DNA of 64,000 nt from Takakia lepidozioides (GCA_030704615.1 CM060733.1:55242001-55306000), one strand, 5' to 3'; counted from the first letter of the stretch, positions 1-13,303 are shown. Made by a program: numbers and translations. Notes: generated from the letters alone by a model not told the origin.

Positions 1-1147
1 CTGTGGGCACTTGACGAGGTGCATAATCTACCTACTCAGCACAACCTGTCACGCAATCATGAAACTATTCATCCAGGGGATCGTAATCGCAAGTATCGGT
101 GCTAAGCATCAAAACCCTTTGCATAGGCAAGACCAATAAACTATTGATTTAAAATACCTCGATGAAAATAATTGTAATTAATATACTTTTGTTATCAGTT
201 TCAAATGCCCTCTAATGGAATTGCCTTCAATGGCTCCTAGACCCATGGGGTGCGCAACATTTGGCATGCAACAGTAAGAAAGTGATGCACAAATTTATCC
301 ATGGCTATTAAATGCCGAACGAGAAATATCACTAAATATAGTGGATGTCCGATGTCAGTGGTTATAACCAACTCTCCAATTCTTTTATTGTATGGTTTTT
401 AAGTTGTTTGTACTAACTCTTCTCTTTGCCCATTCAACTGTGACAACTTAGATTAAATGTGGTAACAGTTGGTTTGTGTGTATAGGTAATATAACTATGA
501 CACTAGAGTTGCAATAGGGTTTCACAAAGGTCATGGGAAATAAGCAAAACAAGTGGGTCAATTGGAGGAGAATGAAGCAGTGGTTGTATGGAGAGGAAAC
601 ACTTGTTGTAACTTTTGTTTTCTTAATTCCTAGGCATTCTCTTTTTCCAAGATGTGAAGAAGAATAATCCACATAGCTGAACTCCACTTATTAGTAAAAA
701 GACAAACTTCTTGCTTTGTGTTGAATTACTTGTAGTAACTCATACTTTCTAGAAGTTTGTAAGTGAAAAATAATATATATATACCAATGAAAATTTCATA
801 TGAAGTTGTCTACTATTTAAATGTAAATAGAAAATTTACATAACATACTAAAAACTCATAAATAGAGAACTATGTTATTATAAAATGTCCAAGCTGTTGA
901 TAATATTATCAAGTACTGCAAATAAAAAATAGAGTAATTAATACTCAACTCATCCATTGACCCAATGTTGCTTGTTATTCATAGTAATTATTTTAATATC
1001 TAGGGTTAATATCATATATTGTAAGTAGAGTAGTGACTAACTTATGTCTATTGGGGATATAAACATGAGAAATTAGGACCGATTGTTATTAGTTTGGTTT
1101 TCTAATTTAATAACAACTATTATTATTCCAGATCATACATCATAACC

Positions 1148-3254
1148 ATGGCCGGATGGATGGGAATGCGAGCACAAGAGGTGCTTGGAGCGTACATGGA
1201 TTGGACACTGTAATGTTATCAATTAATTTCCACTGATTGAAGTTATCAGGAGAAATATGTTGAATCTTGTGAATAAGAACTGCATACAAAATATGTTTAT
1301 TTTACCGATCCATTTCATAGTAATGATAAAAAACTCATCATGTCTGTAGCATTGAGATATTTTAATAGGAAGAGAAAATAAATATTTATTTTAATAAAAC
1401 AAATTTGAGATATGGCCACTCATTGTATTTGTATCACGATATAGGATTTGAAATTCAAAAGTTTCATCTGTATTTTGGATAACATTTAATTAGATTAAGA
1501 AGGATATGTATTTATTGTGACTTATATGGTGCAGTCAAGCAAAGCTACACTTCAAGGAAGAACTTGGTGCGACCGTGAAGATTCAAGTATGTCTGAAGTT
1601 CAATCAATGAATTATTCTATCTTATTCATTTATTTAATTATTTCATCTGACATTAAATAACAATGTAGAATATTGTAGCTGCCAACAAACCCATTCAATT
1701 ATTTCTAGATACTTAGCCACAACAATTATATTAAAAATTATGCAATTTTAATGGATGTTTGATGCCCAGTTTTGTTTATTATGCATATTTGGGAATCACA
1801 TAAATAATTCGTCCTATGTGTCCAAGTTGCAGACGGCATGGCGAAGACATGTTGCCAGAAAATTAATACAATTATGGAGGCAACAAGCGACAAATATTCA
1901 ACGATTTTTTCGCGGTCACCTAGGCCGCGAACGATTTCATGCAATCCGTAGACAAAGAGACAAGGAATTGCGCGTAGCCTATTTTCGTCATCATGCTACT
2001 ATCATCCAAAAGATTTATCGAGGCAATTGGAGCCGCAAACATAATTTGGATTTCTATGCACGTAAGGCATACATTCAATCATGCGTATTAGCCGGCCAGC
2101 GGATGCGCGAGTTGTTGGTTTTGAGCTACAAACTCCAATGTCGTGGCGAGCAAGAGGATGCCATTAAATGCGTCCAAGAACAAATCGAGTTTTTCTTCAA
2201 TTCGAACCATCATCGAGTATATTAATCCTTGTCCATTTAGCACACAATTCAAGAACCCAATGCATCATGTATATTGATATGTTCGTTTATATGATAACTA
2301 TCATAAGTATAGAATAGAATATAATAAAAATATTAATTTAAATTAAGTATGGTCAGATCTTAATATTAATGGTTAATGGTTAATGTTTATTGTTTATTGT
2401 TATTAATTTTCCAAGTTCACTTCTCATTTCTCGTTTTCTTTTTTCTTAAAAATAACATGGGACTCGGAAGCCTTGGACAACTTTATTTCTCATTTTGTTT
2501 GGTAGAGAAAAACAACCTTATGAAATCCATAGTATCTAGTAAAATATGAATTCCAATAACTGTTGAATGTTACCTTAAACATTGTTAGGTCAGCACGAAA
2601 TCTCGTAAGGGAGCATTTTATTCTCCATTTGTTGCAATTTTCGGAGGCGGGAGAAGCTATTTAGAGGAGAGCATACGCGATGCTAGAAGAAAGGAAATCA
2701 CAGGGATGGAGCTTGGAAAACTGGAAGGGCTTAGTGAGGAAGGGATTCCCATAAAACAAGCGGCAAACACATTCTTCATAAAATCAAGCAAAGTTCCGCA
2801 TAGCCGATTGAGTATGGATACATATAGGCGCGTGCAAGAAGCTGGCAATCTTAACACCTTCAAAGGCTCGTACCTGATGAGGGCCGGAAAATACCAAAGT
2901 GCTTATGACCGTCGTATTATAGAGGAGAAGAAGGGAGATGTGCTTGTAGTGGAAGATAAAAAATTCGTTGCTGTTGTTAGGCATGCTCCCGAATGGTGGA
3001 AAAGTTATGGCAAGAGTTTTCGCAATGACGAAATGTATGGGCTTCGAGAAATAAGGCGAAAAGAAGAAAAGAAACGGATTCTTAAAAAACACCCGAATAT
3101 GGTTGAAAACCCATGGAATGTTTTCATCCCATCTGGATATTTATTTGAAAGTTACATACCATTTGATAAGGTTTTTCCAAAGATGCAACAACATACTCAT
3201 TGGCCCAAGTATTCTGTTCGACGATCCATTCATGCAAACCATTACCATCATTGA
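1148..3254 (+). CDS. SPATA17: SPATA17-like IQ-motif (calmodulin-binding) protein; exons 1148-1209, 1535-1586, 1833-2216, 2589-3254
   Basis: GT-AG junctions join in frame: MAGWMG...DWTL/QAKLHFKEELGATVKIQ/TAWRRHVAR... This gives three IQ motifs (IQTAWRRH, IQRFFRGH, IQKIYRGN), followed by DFYARKAYI and HHR/VSTKSRKGAFYSPF, which resemble SPATA17 family motifs as I recall them. Confidence 0.7.
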
Positions 3255-4596
3255 GACTTATATATGTTAATTTTATAGATTATATTTAAAAATTCTCTAT
3301 ATGAAGTTCTAGCACCATCCCGCTTATGTCTGAAAGAGAAGGGAAGAGCAAATATAGCATGACCAGAAGTAACCTCTCGGACTACTGTGAGAAACACCAT
3401 CTGATTTTAAACAGGAATTTCACCTAATTGAGCATTATTGAAAAAAAAAACTTTTAAGTGTCTATTGTCTATTCCAAGTAACATATGCTATAGAAGTATT
3501 CTAGAAATTCCATCCAACAATGACACACTCCAATGTGACATCCCACGGATACAATGTTACTCAAACTTTTAAAAGGTACCAATGAGAACGATTTTTTTTT
3601 TCTTCACACTATTTTAAAATATATATCATTTGGCATGGCCTACAATGATCATAGCTTAAGTAAATCCTGTAAAAAAAAATAAAAATAAAAATCCTGTACA
3701 TAGTAGTAGCCATAAAAACTAAAATTTTAAATGGCTGATACAATATAAATCTAAATCTAAAATAAAATTTCAGGAATATGCAGTGGCAGAGCAAGATTTG
3801 GATATAAATCATTTTGTAAGCAATAATGGGTTCGCATCCACATATTTGTTGGCTCTGTCCCGCAAGGGATAGAGGCATTGTGGAGACTTCTTGCCTAGGC
3901 GGAGCTAGGCAGAGAACGGAGAACTAGGCTTATCCATTAAGCCCTATGGAGTGGGAACCGCAAGGGATAGAGGCATTGTCATGGTCCATGACTCATGGAG
4001 ACATCTTGCCTGGGCCAGAACTAGGCTTATCCATTAAGTCTAGTACCCTTACATGCCCAGAGGCAGCCATAAGGCAAATAACAAGTTTTGCTTCTTTCAA
4101 AAAAGTTTGTTATTTAATGCATTACCACACACACCTTGAATGTGTGGCACCTTGGAAGTGACTAGTTTCTTCCAAAACTGTTTGATGGTTACAGTACTTC
4201 CATTCGATGTAGGAGGTGGCAGAGCATGTTGGTTGGTTGGCCAGTGAGAGATAGATTCATCACAAGCTGCGAGATTTGGTAGAACTCACTCTTGAGGCCT
4301 TTGTAGCAGTGAAGTAACGACTGTAGCAAAGGAAATCTGGTGGTGGTGAGGCGTTGGTGTTGGTATGATTTAGGGAAGGAGGATTTTAGTACGTGTGGAT
4401 ATTGCGTAGTATTCTAATTTTATATAGGGGTTGTATTCCGTGCTCTTTCCAATCTGTCTGTCTGTCCATACTAGCCCATACTCATTCCTAGATCTTTTCA
4501 GGACACAAAAAGGTTTATTATGTAGTGACATAAGTGCACAAAGGTCGTCCTTTGGATTGAGTAGCTAACTGCCATGATACAAGGTCAAGGACAATC

Positions 4597-5732
4597 TGGC
4601 AGACCACCTCATGCTGCACATTGCCAATTTTGCAAACACCCAGTAGATACATGTACAACTCAATTGCAGAAGCAAACCACAGATTAGTCCTTATTAAGGC
4701 TACATCCCAATCGGCCTACACCTACGGTCGAGCTATCTAAGGAAGACCTATGCACCACTCAAGTCTTTCACTGAAGAACCGAAGTCAAATAATACAATTC
4801 TCAAAGTTTTAACCGTCAGGAGTCCACAATGTGTGTGCAGCTTAGCACACTGTGCAGAGATCTATTGTAGAGAACAAAACAGAGACTCATAACAAGCTAA
4901 AACATGATCATGCAAAATCAATTACAAATGATTGCCTTCTACCAAAGGAGAGACCACAAAAAAAAAAGACCACAAAAAAGGAAGGTGGGGAATCAAGCAG
5001 AAAGAGAAGAGTCCAAGATCACTCATCGCCAGCGATACTGAAAATTAGAAAGAAAGGCTATACAATTTACTGATGAAAATCTCACTGAAAGAGTTTTACA
5101 ACCATCGTACAGTCACGGACACAAGCCATTCAATGTATCGCTCGTCTTCATTGCTTTCACTACAACAAACGACTCTTTACTTTCCGAAGGCCTGCACACA
5201 CACATGGACACACAAAATCAGACAAGGTTTCAAAGCAATTACATGGGTTGAAGAAATCCAACTGATACTGTCCACCCAAAAGGTATGCCCTACAGAAAAA
5301 TATAACATCTTTTAGCAAAGCTATAAAGAAATTGGGTTTCTTACAGCAAAGATAGTGTTGTGGCCGGGGTCAGCAAGGTGGGCCAACAAGTTGTCAATGG
5401 GACCAGTGCCGGTGTAAAGAGCCTGGAAGGTGGTGCCCAAGACTGCCAACATAGCGAACCTGCCATTCTTGATCTCCTTTGTCCTCAGTTCCTTGATCTT
5501 CTCAGATGAGCCAGAGCCCCATCCGAGGCGGTCAAACCAGAAGCCACCTGGGTACCCCACGTCTGTTCCTGTCAACTTGTTATTGGGGAAGACAGGGTCG
5601 GTATTGACCGAGCCAGGCTTGATGATATCAGCCCATCTCCTTCCCTCGGCCCATGCAAACAGGATGATCTCAACGACAAAAAGAGTGGTTGAGTCCGTGA
5701 AGTAGTGTGCTTCTCCAGCAGTGTATCATGAA
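4597..5732 (-). pseudogene. Inverted partial genomic duplicate of Lhca2 (3' part of exon 4, intron 4, exon 5, 3' UTR and flank)
   Basis: Reverse complement closely matches about 43314-44496 and keeps the intron. TGG is changed to TGA at its 5' edge, FDP is changed to FDR, and the 5' exons are absent. Confidence 0.9.
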
Positions 5733-6085
5733 TTTCTCGGGCATGCTGATCTTTGGTTCTCTCGCAATCTATTGAAGATGAATCGTTGCAGTAGGAGTTG
5801 TTGCGGTAGAGACGCGTATGGTTGAAGATCCACTGTTCGACTCCTTTAATTCTGAAATTTGTTGTTGCAAATTGTGGAGAGCATTGTCAAGATCTTGAGA
5901 CTGATCAGCTTGTAATTGGGCGGTAGAGATACGAAGTTCTTGCATCTGGAGCTGAAAACTCCGCAATGTGGCGACCATTTCCGCAAAATGTGCCCTCCAT
6001 CTTAACTAACTAAGGAACAAACTTTAGTCTCGCCAAACTATCAAGGACGAGAACATGACTGAACACAAATAAGAGATCAGACTAG

Positions 6086-6626
6086 CACTACAGGAAAATG
6101 GGGGGGATTTTCGTCGCCGCAGCCACGCCGCGACGTCGTAAAACAGTCTTTTTTCGGGCAGGGGAGAAGAACCAAATTTGCGATGCTCGGGCGTCGCAAG
6201 CCCGTCGCAAAGGCGTCGCCATAAAAACGTCGCAAATTTACGACCAATGGGGGTCGCAAATAGGCAAAACCGCGATTTGCGACGCCCAGACGTAAAAAAA
6301 AAAAAAAAAAAAAAAAAACACGTACTCTGCAATGCAGAATTAGCACCGTCCGGGGGTCGCAAAGTGTGACGCCCAGACGTCACAATTTAAGGGGATACAT
6401 TTGAATTTAAGTGGGAAAATTTGAATTTGAAATTTGAATTTCAAAAACTTATTGACCATTGACTCCGGCGTTGACCATTGACTCCGGTTCTGTCTAATGG
6501 CGATATGTTTATTGTTCTACATATATCATGCAATGCATACTTGAACCTAAGACCTCCACGTTATAACATTTTTAAGACACTACAAACTAATCAACACACC
6601 TACGCTACATCTATGTATCACAAAAG

Positions 6627-6686
<60 letters not shown>

Positions 6687-7275
6687 ATTTTCTTCAAGTT
6701 CCTTCAAGTTCCTTGTAAGGGGGTCTTTCTTGTGACGCCGAGGAGTTGCAACCTCCACCGCCAGGCACCCCAAGCGACCTCCTTGTAATGACCTAAGCTG
6801 ACCACAACACCATTGCGACCCCCTGTGGCGACGTCGTTGTGACCCCCTGGCGTCGCAACGTTGGGCGTCCCAGCGCGGGGCGCCTACAACGACGCTTTTG
6901 TGAAGTTGAAGACCGCAAAGCCCAAAAAAAAAAAAAAAAAAAAAACTTCCACTGTGGTGATGCTGTTGCGACGCCTTGACATCGCAGAGGCGCTGGGGCG
7001 CCTTTAGTGACGTTTTTGCGACGCCGAGGCATCGTAATGTCCAAGTATATATATTTTGGATTTCCAACGCCGGGACGTCGCAAGAAAAAAAGAAAACCGT
7101 CGCAGCGAGGGCCCTCTTTCCCCCTTCATGCCACCTTACGAGGGCTGGGCGTCGTAATAATGTCGCAGCGAGGGATTGCGACGCCGGGCGTCGCAAAAAA
7201 ACGTCGTGGGCTAAGCGCCGCGCGGGGCGTGGGGGCGCGGCTGGCGTCGCAAACCCCCCCCCATTTGCTGTAGTG
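6086..7275. mobile_element. Non-autonomous CACTA (En/Spm) element
   Basis: TIRs CACTACAGGAAAATGGGG and CCCCATTTGCTGTAGTG; perfect 3-bp TSD TAG (6083-6085 and 7276-7278); many subterminal GCGACG/CGTCGC repeats. Confidence 0.95.
6629..6683. repeat. (TA)n microsatellite inside the CACTA element
   Basis: Uninterrupted AT dinucleotide run. Confidence 0.95.
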
Positions 7276-8361
7276 TAGACGTACAAGACTAGACAAGAAG
7301 TCAAGGTCGGCGTGGCCGAATGCATGGTGGGTAAACATGAATCAAGATGATCTTTATAACAATGGACAAGAGTATAAGATACTTGAACTCGACTAAAATA
7401 TTGGAATGTTGGAAACTGGACTGGAGTACCAGATACTGGAAACTGGACTAGAGTACTGGAACTGGAAACAAGAGTAGCTTGAACTTGTGTTGGCGAGACT
7501 GAAGAGTGTCCAGTCTCGCCTCATATATATACTGGCTACTATGAAATTCCCTAAGAAGCTTCCCCAATGGAGGTTTCTTGATGGAGAAGTTTCCTTAAAC
7601 AAAGGAGGTATCTTGATGAAGAAGTTTCCTCCAAATGAAGCTCCATGAGCAGCTTCCCAGGTTATTCTCAGTAATTTGATAAACTCCCGGTAACTTGGTA
7701 ACTAATGACAACTTATGGTAAATCACAGTAAATCATGATAACTTCCGATAACATGGTAATTTGATAATTTTTGGTATTTACTCCTGGTAAGTTCCTCTGG
7801 GCTATGTCGGTGACAGAAGGATATAGATATTTGTATGTAGCTCACTGATAAAATGGTGGCTAGATAGGATTAAAAAAATGAGAAGGAAGGCAAGGAGTAC
7901 GTGGGGGATATCACGACAGCCTATTGATCTCCTAAATAGACCACACCAGTTATGGTGTTATTAAACTACTTCTCAAAATCTAGAGGACAATTTAAATTCA
8001 AATATGATCATACCGACAACACGTGAGATGTAGACTCGATTATTAGTTCAGTCACTATGACTTTCGATAGAACGCAAAACGTTTATACTCTGAATGCTGA
8101 TGATGCGAATGCTTTAAATGAATTTATTTCAACCAAATAATACATTCAATTGTCTTGTAAAAAAAAATCTTTTATTGTATTATTAATATAGGGTGTCCAA
8201 TATTTGTTTGAAACAATAAATTATAATTAAAATAGCATGCAAAAAATTCACCATATTACAAAATTATGTAATTATAGGGTACTAAAAAATACCCAAAGTA
8301 AAAGTAATATGCCCCTACAAAATACCCATTTATCTCACGTGCCCTATACAAGTGATAGGGA

Positions 8362-9440
8362 GTGACTTCCCCGGGAATGAATGAAGAGAATAAGGAAAAA
8401 GCTAAGCAAGATAGAGACGAGAGAGTAGAAAGATATGCAACAGAAATGGAAGCTCGACTGAGAGTAGAATTTCCAGAATTACAGAATCTTGATATTCTTC
8501 AAGGAGAGACATCAAGACGAACTTACACCAATAATCCAGAAGATCGGGAGGTCAGATCTCCAGAAGCTGAGAATACTACACAGAAGGAGCTGCGAGTAAT
8601 ACAATCATCGAATGGTTACCACAAGAAAGATCTGAAGCACCTTCCACAGTAACAAACCCAAATCGAGGTTTTGAGGAATTATTGGAAGAGAAATTTGAAG
8701 ATCTCTTAAGTGAAGAAGGCGAAAGAATTGAAACTGCTTCTCCAGAAAAAGTAACCAGAACAGCACTCAAAGCTTTTAAAGATTCATTAAGTTCAGTGGA
8801 AACAGCAGCTAGCAGCGGCTATCTTTGAGACAAGGGCTTCCTAGTTTCAAATCTCTCTTTGGAAGATAGACACCAGCAACACCACTAGTATTGACAATCC
8901 CAACACCAACATTGTCAACAGCGGCTGGACCATTTCAATTTGGACAAACCATAGCACTAGTTGCAGCAGCAGCACCGATGGCTCTAGCAGCAAGTAGAAC
9001 CCGACCACCATTTCCTCTATATGATGGGAAATCTGATCCGGATATCCATCTTAATCAATTTGAGAACATGTGCACGATCTACAATGAAGCCACGGATAAG
9101 AAGAAGAGACAAACCCTTTGGACGCTCTAGGAGCGTTTCAGGCAAATTATGATCTTCCAGACTCTCTTAAATTATTTGAGACAGATGAAGAAGAAACAAC
9201 AGAGGATGGAGAATCCACAGATGAAGGAGAGACAATGTATGAACAAGACTCAGAACCAAAAGAAGATGACAAGGAAAATGAAGAGCCAATCTCTCAAGGA
9301 TTAACCAACATTAGCATGGGAACGTATGCAGTCACCACAAAAGAAGCAGAAGAACTTTCAGACCAAGATCAAGATGATTGGCGATGGCCAATCAAACATT
9401 ACCAGATAACCGGGAAATTCCCTCAAGAGTACACTAAAAC
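8362..9440 (+). mobile_element. Degenerate Ty3/gypsy gag and integrase-proximal fragments
   Basis: Gag-like FPLYDGKSDPDIHLNQFENMC, and WRWPIKHYQITGKFP resembling the segment before the integrase; frameshifted and internally deleted. Confidence 0.5.
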
Positions 9441-9441
9441 G

Positions 9442-9970
9442 CCTGGCAGCCCTGAAAAATGGTACAGAGGTCCACGGTGATATTGTCAAAGCTGGTATTG
9501 TATCTGATGTGATTCTGAACGTTGCCGTAGTGGACATGTATGCCAAGGTTGCAGGGTGCAACTACAAGGATACATGGCTGTTTTGATAATATGGCTGAAT
9601 GAGATGTGGTACCAGCCTAGCCCATAATTGCACTTAACTAGAGTAGGCAATGAGTGAAGACGGGGTTTGTGATGACATCGTCCAAGCTGGAATTAAACAA
9701 ATGTTGTTCTGAACTATGCCTTTGTGGACTTGTATGCCAAATTGGGGTGCATGGAGGATGATGATCCCAGGATATGCACAACAGCGGCGCGAGATGGAGG
9801 CCCTTTGGAGAGGTCTATGAGCAAGTGGTGTGGGAAGGGATACTGCAGCGCAACCACATCGCGTTTGTTACATTTGCAACATGTGTGCAAGCCTGGCAAC
9901 CCTGCAAAATAGCAAAGAGGTTCGTGGTAACATCGTCCAAGCTGGAATTGTACTAGATGTCGATCTGAAC
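9442..9970 (+). pseudogene. PLS-PPR repeat fragments related to the 29-31 kb gene
   Basis: For example GAGGTCCACGGTGATATTGTCAAAGCTGG...GTGGACATGTATGCCAAGG closely matches the L/S repeats at 29.6-30.9 kb, with indels. Confidence 0.8.
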
Positions 9971-9984
9971 TTTGATATGATGCC

Positions 9985-11020
9985 AATGTGACAACAGGAA
10001 AGTATCCAGAAACAGGTCACAGAGACGAGGAGAAGTTGTGGAATGGTGGGACAACCGAGGGAAAAAGGTTAATGCCTGTTAGATTATAGAGGGCAGACGC
10101 AATTCAACATAGGAACTAGTGTGATAAGCTGAGTTGGGTGTTTCCTAGAACAAATCTAGGCTGTCATTATCAGCTGCAAGGCAAGGAAGTATGCATGATT
10201 TGTGCAGAAGCAGTGATAGCTGAAAGAGCAGGGATAGAGTATGGGTCCAGATTCATCCAAGAGGGCCAGATTTCAAGCACATGATTACCTATGATTACCT
10301 GTGGATTTAGCTATAAGAAACCTGCATGGGTAGATGGTGAACTAGAAGCCGCAGGAGTAGCGGCACAATTGATAAAATCAAGCACTGCTAATAAAGGCAC
10401 CTTCTTCAACACATTTCACCCTGTTTTTCCCTCTTATCAGAACCGGCCCTAAATTTCAATGTCTGCAAGTTAGCTGGTTGAGTGAATCTAGTTTGGAGTG
10501 ACTTTGACATGATATTGCCAATGTGACAACATGAAAGTATCGAAAAACAGTTAACGGAGATGAGGGGAAGCTGTGGAATGAATACTTTTCTGACCCCAGT
10601 CAATGGTGGGACAACCGAGGCAAAAAGGTAAACGTCTGTTGGATTACAGAGAGTAGCAATGCAATTGAGAATAGGAACTAGTGTGGTAAGTTGAATTGGG
10701 TGTTTGCTGGAACAAATGTAGGCTGTCATTGTCAGCTGCTAACAGCAATGCAAGGATATATGCATGATCTGTGTAGAGGCATGGATAGCTGAAGGAGCAG
10801 GGATAGAGTGTGGGTCCAGATCATCCAAGAAAGCCGGATTTCAAGCTCCAGATTACCGAGATTCCCTGTGGAAGGATAGCTACAAGAAACCTGCATGGGT
10901 AGATGGTCATGGGTAGATGGTAGATAGTTTGGAGTGACTTTGACATGATACTGCCAAAGTGACAATAAAAAAATATCCATAAACAGGTAACAGTAGCAGA
11001 CGCAATTCAGCATAGGCACT
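9985..11020 (+). pseudogene. Two tandem ~570-bp units encoding intron-split OSB-type PDF motifs (degenerate)
   Basis: Exon A reads KLWNEYFSDPSQWWDNRGKK|gt (about 10568-10627). Exon B reads ag|IHPRGPDFKH...KKPAWVDG (10251 and 10820). Both units carry frameshifts. Confidence 0.8.
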
Positions 11021-11229
11021 AAGGCAAACTCTCCTTCCCCGGATGGGTGTGTTTTGGTATATGAGCGAATAAATATTTTATCTAAGAATATAATTTCAAA
11101 AATTCGTTATTTAATAATGTGCCACTGTCCCATGTTGGTCAAAAGTAATAATAATAATAATAATAATTATTATTATTATTATAGTAATTGTAATAACAAT
11201 AAATTAAATCCCCCAAACCCCCCCCCCAC

Positions 11230-11597
11230 AGCGACGTATGTCAATTGACATGAGGAACCACGTGTCAAAATCACGATGCGACACATGCTGACGTCTGATT
11301 CCCTCCTCTGCAGTCGGATGGCGTCGAAGTCTGACACGTGGCGTGTTCTGTAGAGAGCACGTGTCTCTCTTACACAGCGGCTGACATGGACCCGTTCAGT
11401 CATTCAGTAAAGCCAGCGTGTATGACTACCCCCACAGCTGCTCAGGCGCCACGTCACAGCCAGGCTGGCGAGTCATATCTGCCATGCCACAACTGACTAG
11501 GGTTTTACGATTGCAGAGTCATGAAGTCGTAAATGGCTTTCATAACTGCATTTGCAGTCATAACACAGAGTCGTAAAAGCCGCAATCTGTTGTAGTG
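11230..11597. mobile_element. CACTA terminal fragment
   Basis: Ends in ...AATCTGTTGTAGTG (reverse complement CACTACAACAGATT), with GTCGTAA/GTCATAA and CACGTG-type subterminal motifs. The partner end was not identified. Confidence 0.5.
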
Positions 11598-12106
11598 CAT
11601 GTGTGTTGTTCCAACAGCAATCAGCCAGTTCTCCTCTCTATGGGGGCCTTGGCAGGAAAAAAACGTGGGAGTCAGCTAGCATATATGTAGATGACATTGT
11701 TACCGTGTGTGGAAGTAGTTCTTCTGGAACCTCGGGTTGTGAGGGGGTTCATGAAGACTGGCTTAATAAATGGTGTTTTGCATTACAAGTGTTGCCACCC
11801 CGTTCTACTACCATGTTTTTACACATATCGTAGAGCAGCTTTAGGGATTTCTTGGTGTATGTCTGGAAATCGTCAATCATTCAAAAGTGGATGTGAATTG
11901 GGGGGAAAGAATTTCGTTGAAACTAAATCATTCTCGTTCGTGTTCATTACGCAATTGGACATTATACTCTGTGAAATTGCATGCGCCCATGCTTGAATAC
12001 CATTCACAGACCTCCCGTGATTTCTTGTACAAACAAGACTTTTCGCAAAATAAAGTTGGAAAATCTAGGGCGTGGCAATCGGCTTACGTTCCGCGGAAAT
12101 GAGCGA

Positions 12107-12690
12107 TATCAAGTTATTTTACCACTAGTGTGAAACTAGCTAGGAAATAGCTAGCTTTTACATATTGACATTTGGGATTGGCCCAAGTGTCAATCCAGGG
12201 GTCAAGGCAGATTTAGGCCCTGGAGTGGTTATCTTCACGGCAAGCGCGGGAGGCTCATCTTTCTCGAGTTGAGCCTCACCGCGCCTAGCTATGGCGCCGT
12301 AATCGTGCTTGCTCATGCATGTACACAATCTGAAACCATCAAGGTGCTCTGGAATTACCTGCAGCATGGTGCTTTCATCTCTGAAGCTGAAGATCGAATG
12401 CCAAGGTCTACCACCTCGTAACCCACATTGCCTCCGCTTCTAACAACCAAGAGCTCCACGGTGCTCCTTGCATAACAACTTGGTTTCTCTCATTCTCAAG
12501 CAAAAACCACAAGTGCTACAACTAACTCGTATCTTGGCACTCACAGATACGAGCTCATCTTTCTCGAGTGATAAAGAAGAAGAATACAAGCACGAGCTCA
12601 CAAATCTGAAGCATAAACTCATGCATATATAACCTCATCACTCAAATACAAGTCAAGCCAAGTGCACCCCACGCCATGGGGAATCCACAC
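12107..12690. repeat. LTR-like repeat also present, partly inverted, at 51492-51816
   Basis: 12107-12301 matches 51492-51686 directly; about 12570-12690 matches 51687-51816 inverted. Confidence 0.85.
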
Positions 12691-13303
12691 CGGGACATAA
12701 CGGTCCCCCTTCACTTCCCTCTCGACCCTCCACCTATTTGGGACTAGGAGAATTCCCTTTGGTAGATGGCAGTCCGGAACAGCTCCCCACTCTTTGGTCG
12801 CTTTCCGGCTCGCTCGCTTACTCACTAGTTTTTGGTCACCAACGGGCTTGCACCGTTCTCGGGGTTACTACTCCCTATATATACTTCTGTAGCTGTCCGC
12901 GGGGGTTTCACAACCAGCCATGCCATTTTATGGCGAACCACCACGAAGACCCTCGATTCCCGGTGGTGAGTCGCGGTGAGTCTTGGCCCACTCACCGCGG
13001 CCCCAATGGACCGTGATGAGTCCCAAGACTCCCCACGACTCCCACCTCGAGGTCTCCACCCCATGGTGAGTCCTATGCCACCCCCACTAAGTCCCGCTAA
13101 GCTACCACCACCCTTGTGGAGCCACCCCCACCGCAACCCGGTGTGCGGGGCTCCACCTAGTGAGCGCCTCCGCCTCCTTGAGTGCCTTGGGCACTCAAGG
13201 GTGCTTCAGCCCCCCCCCCATACCTATCGCTGTCGCTGCCCCCACCACAGGGGCAGCCCCTCATGTGTCCAACCCCCTGCCCTCAAGGCAAAGGGCCGCG
13301 ACA
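12688..13303 (-). repeat. 3' LTR of the chromovirus, lacking its distal ~111 nt
   Basis: Near-identical to 18939-19556. Confidence 0.95.

Larger units (their letters stand above)
5733..7815 (-). mobile_element. 5' fragment of an LTR retrotransposon: LTR about 7815-6039 (interrupted by a CACTA element), PBS-like TGGCGAGACT at 6026-6035, gag-like start
   Basis: Minus strand begins TGTCACCGAC and ends TTGATA (a degenerate TGACA). A TGGCG PBS-like motif follows 3 nt later, then a coiled-coil ORF (5769-5978). Confidence 0.55.

Noticed and set aside
3858-4040. ~100-bp imperfect tandem duplication as a possible small RNA gene
   Set aside because: It has no recognisable snRNA, snoRNA or tRNA structure and looks like a simple local duplication.
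6024-7338. Many overlapping Arg-rich ORFs
   Set aside because: They are artefacts of GC-rich CACTA subterminal repeats, poly-A and (TA)n.
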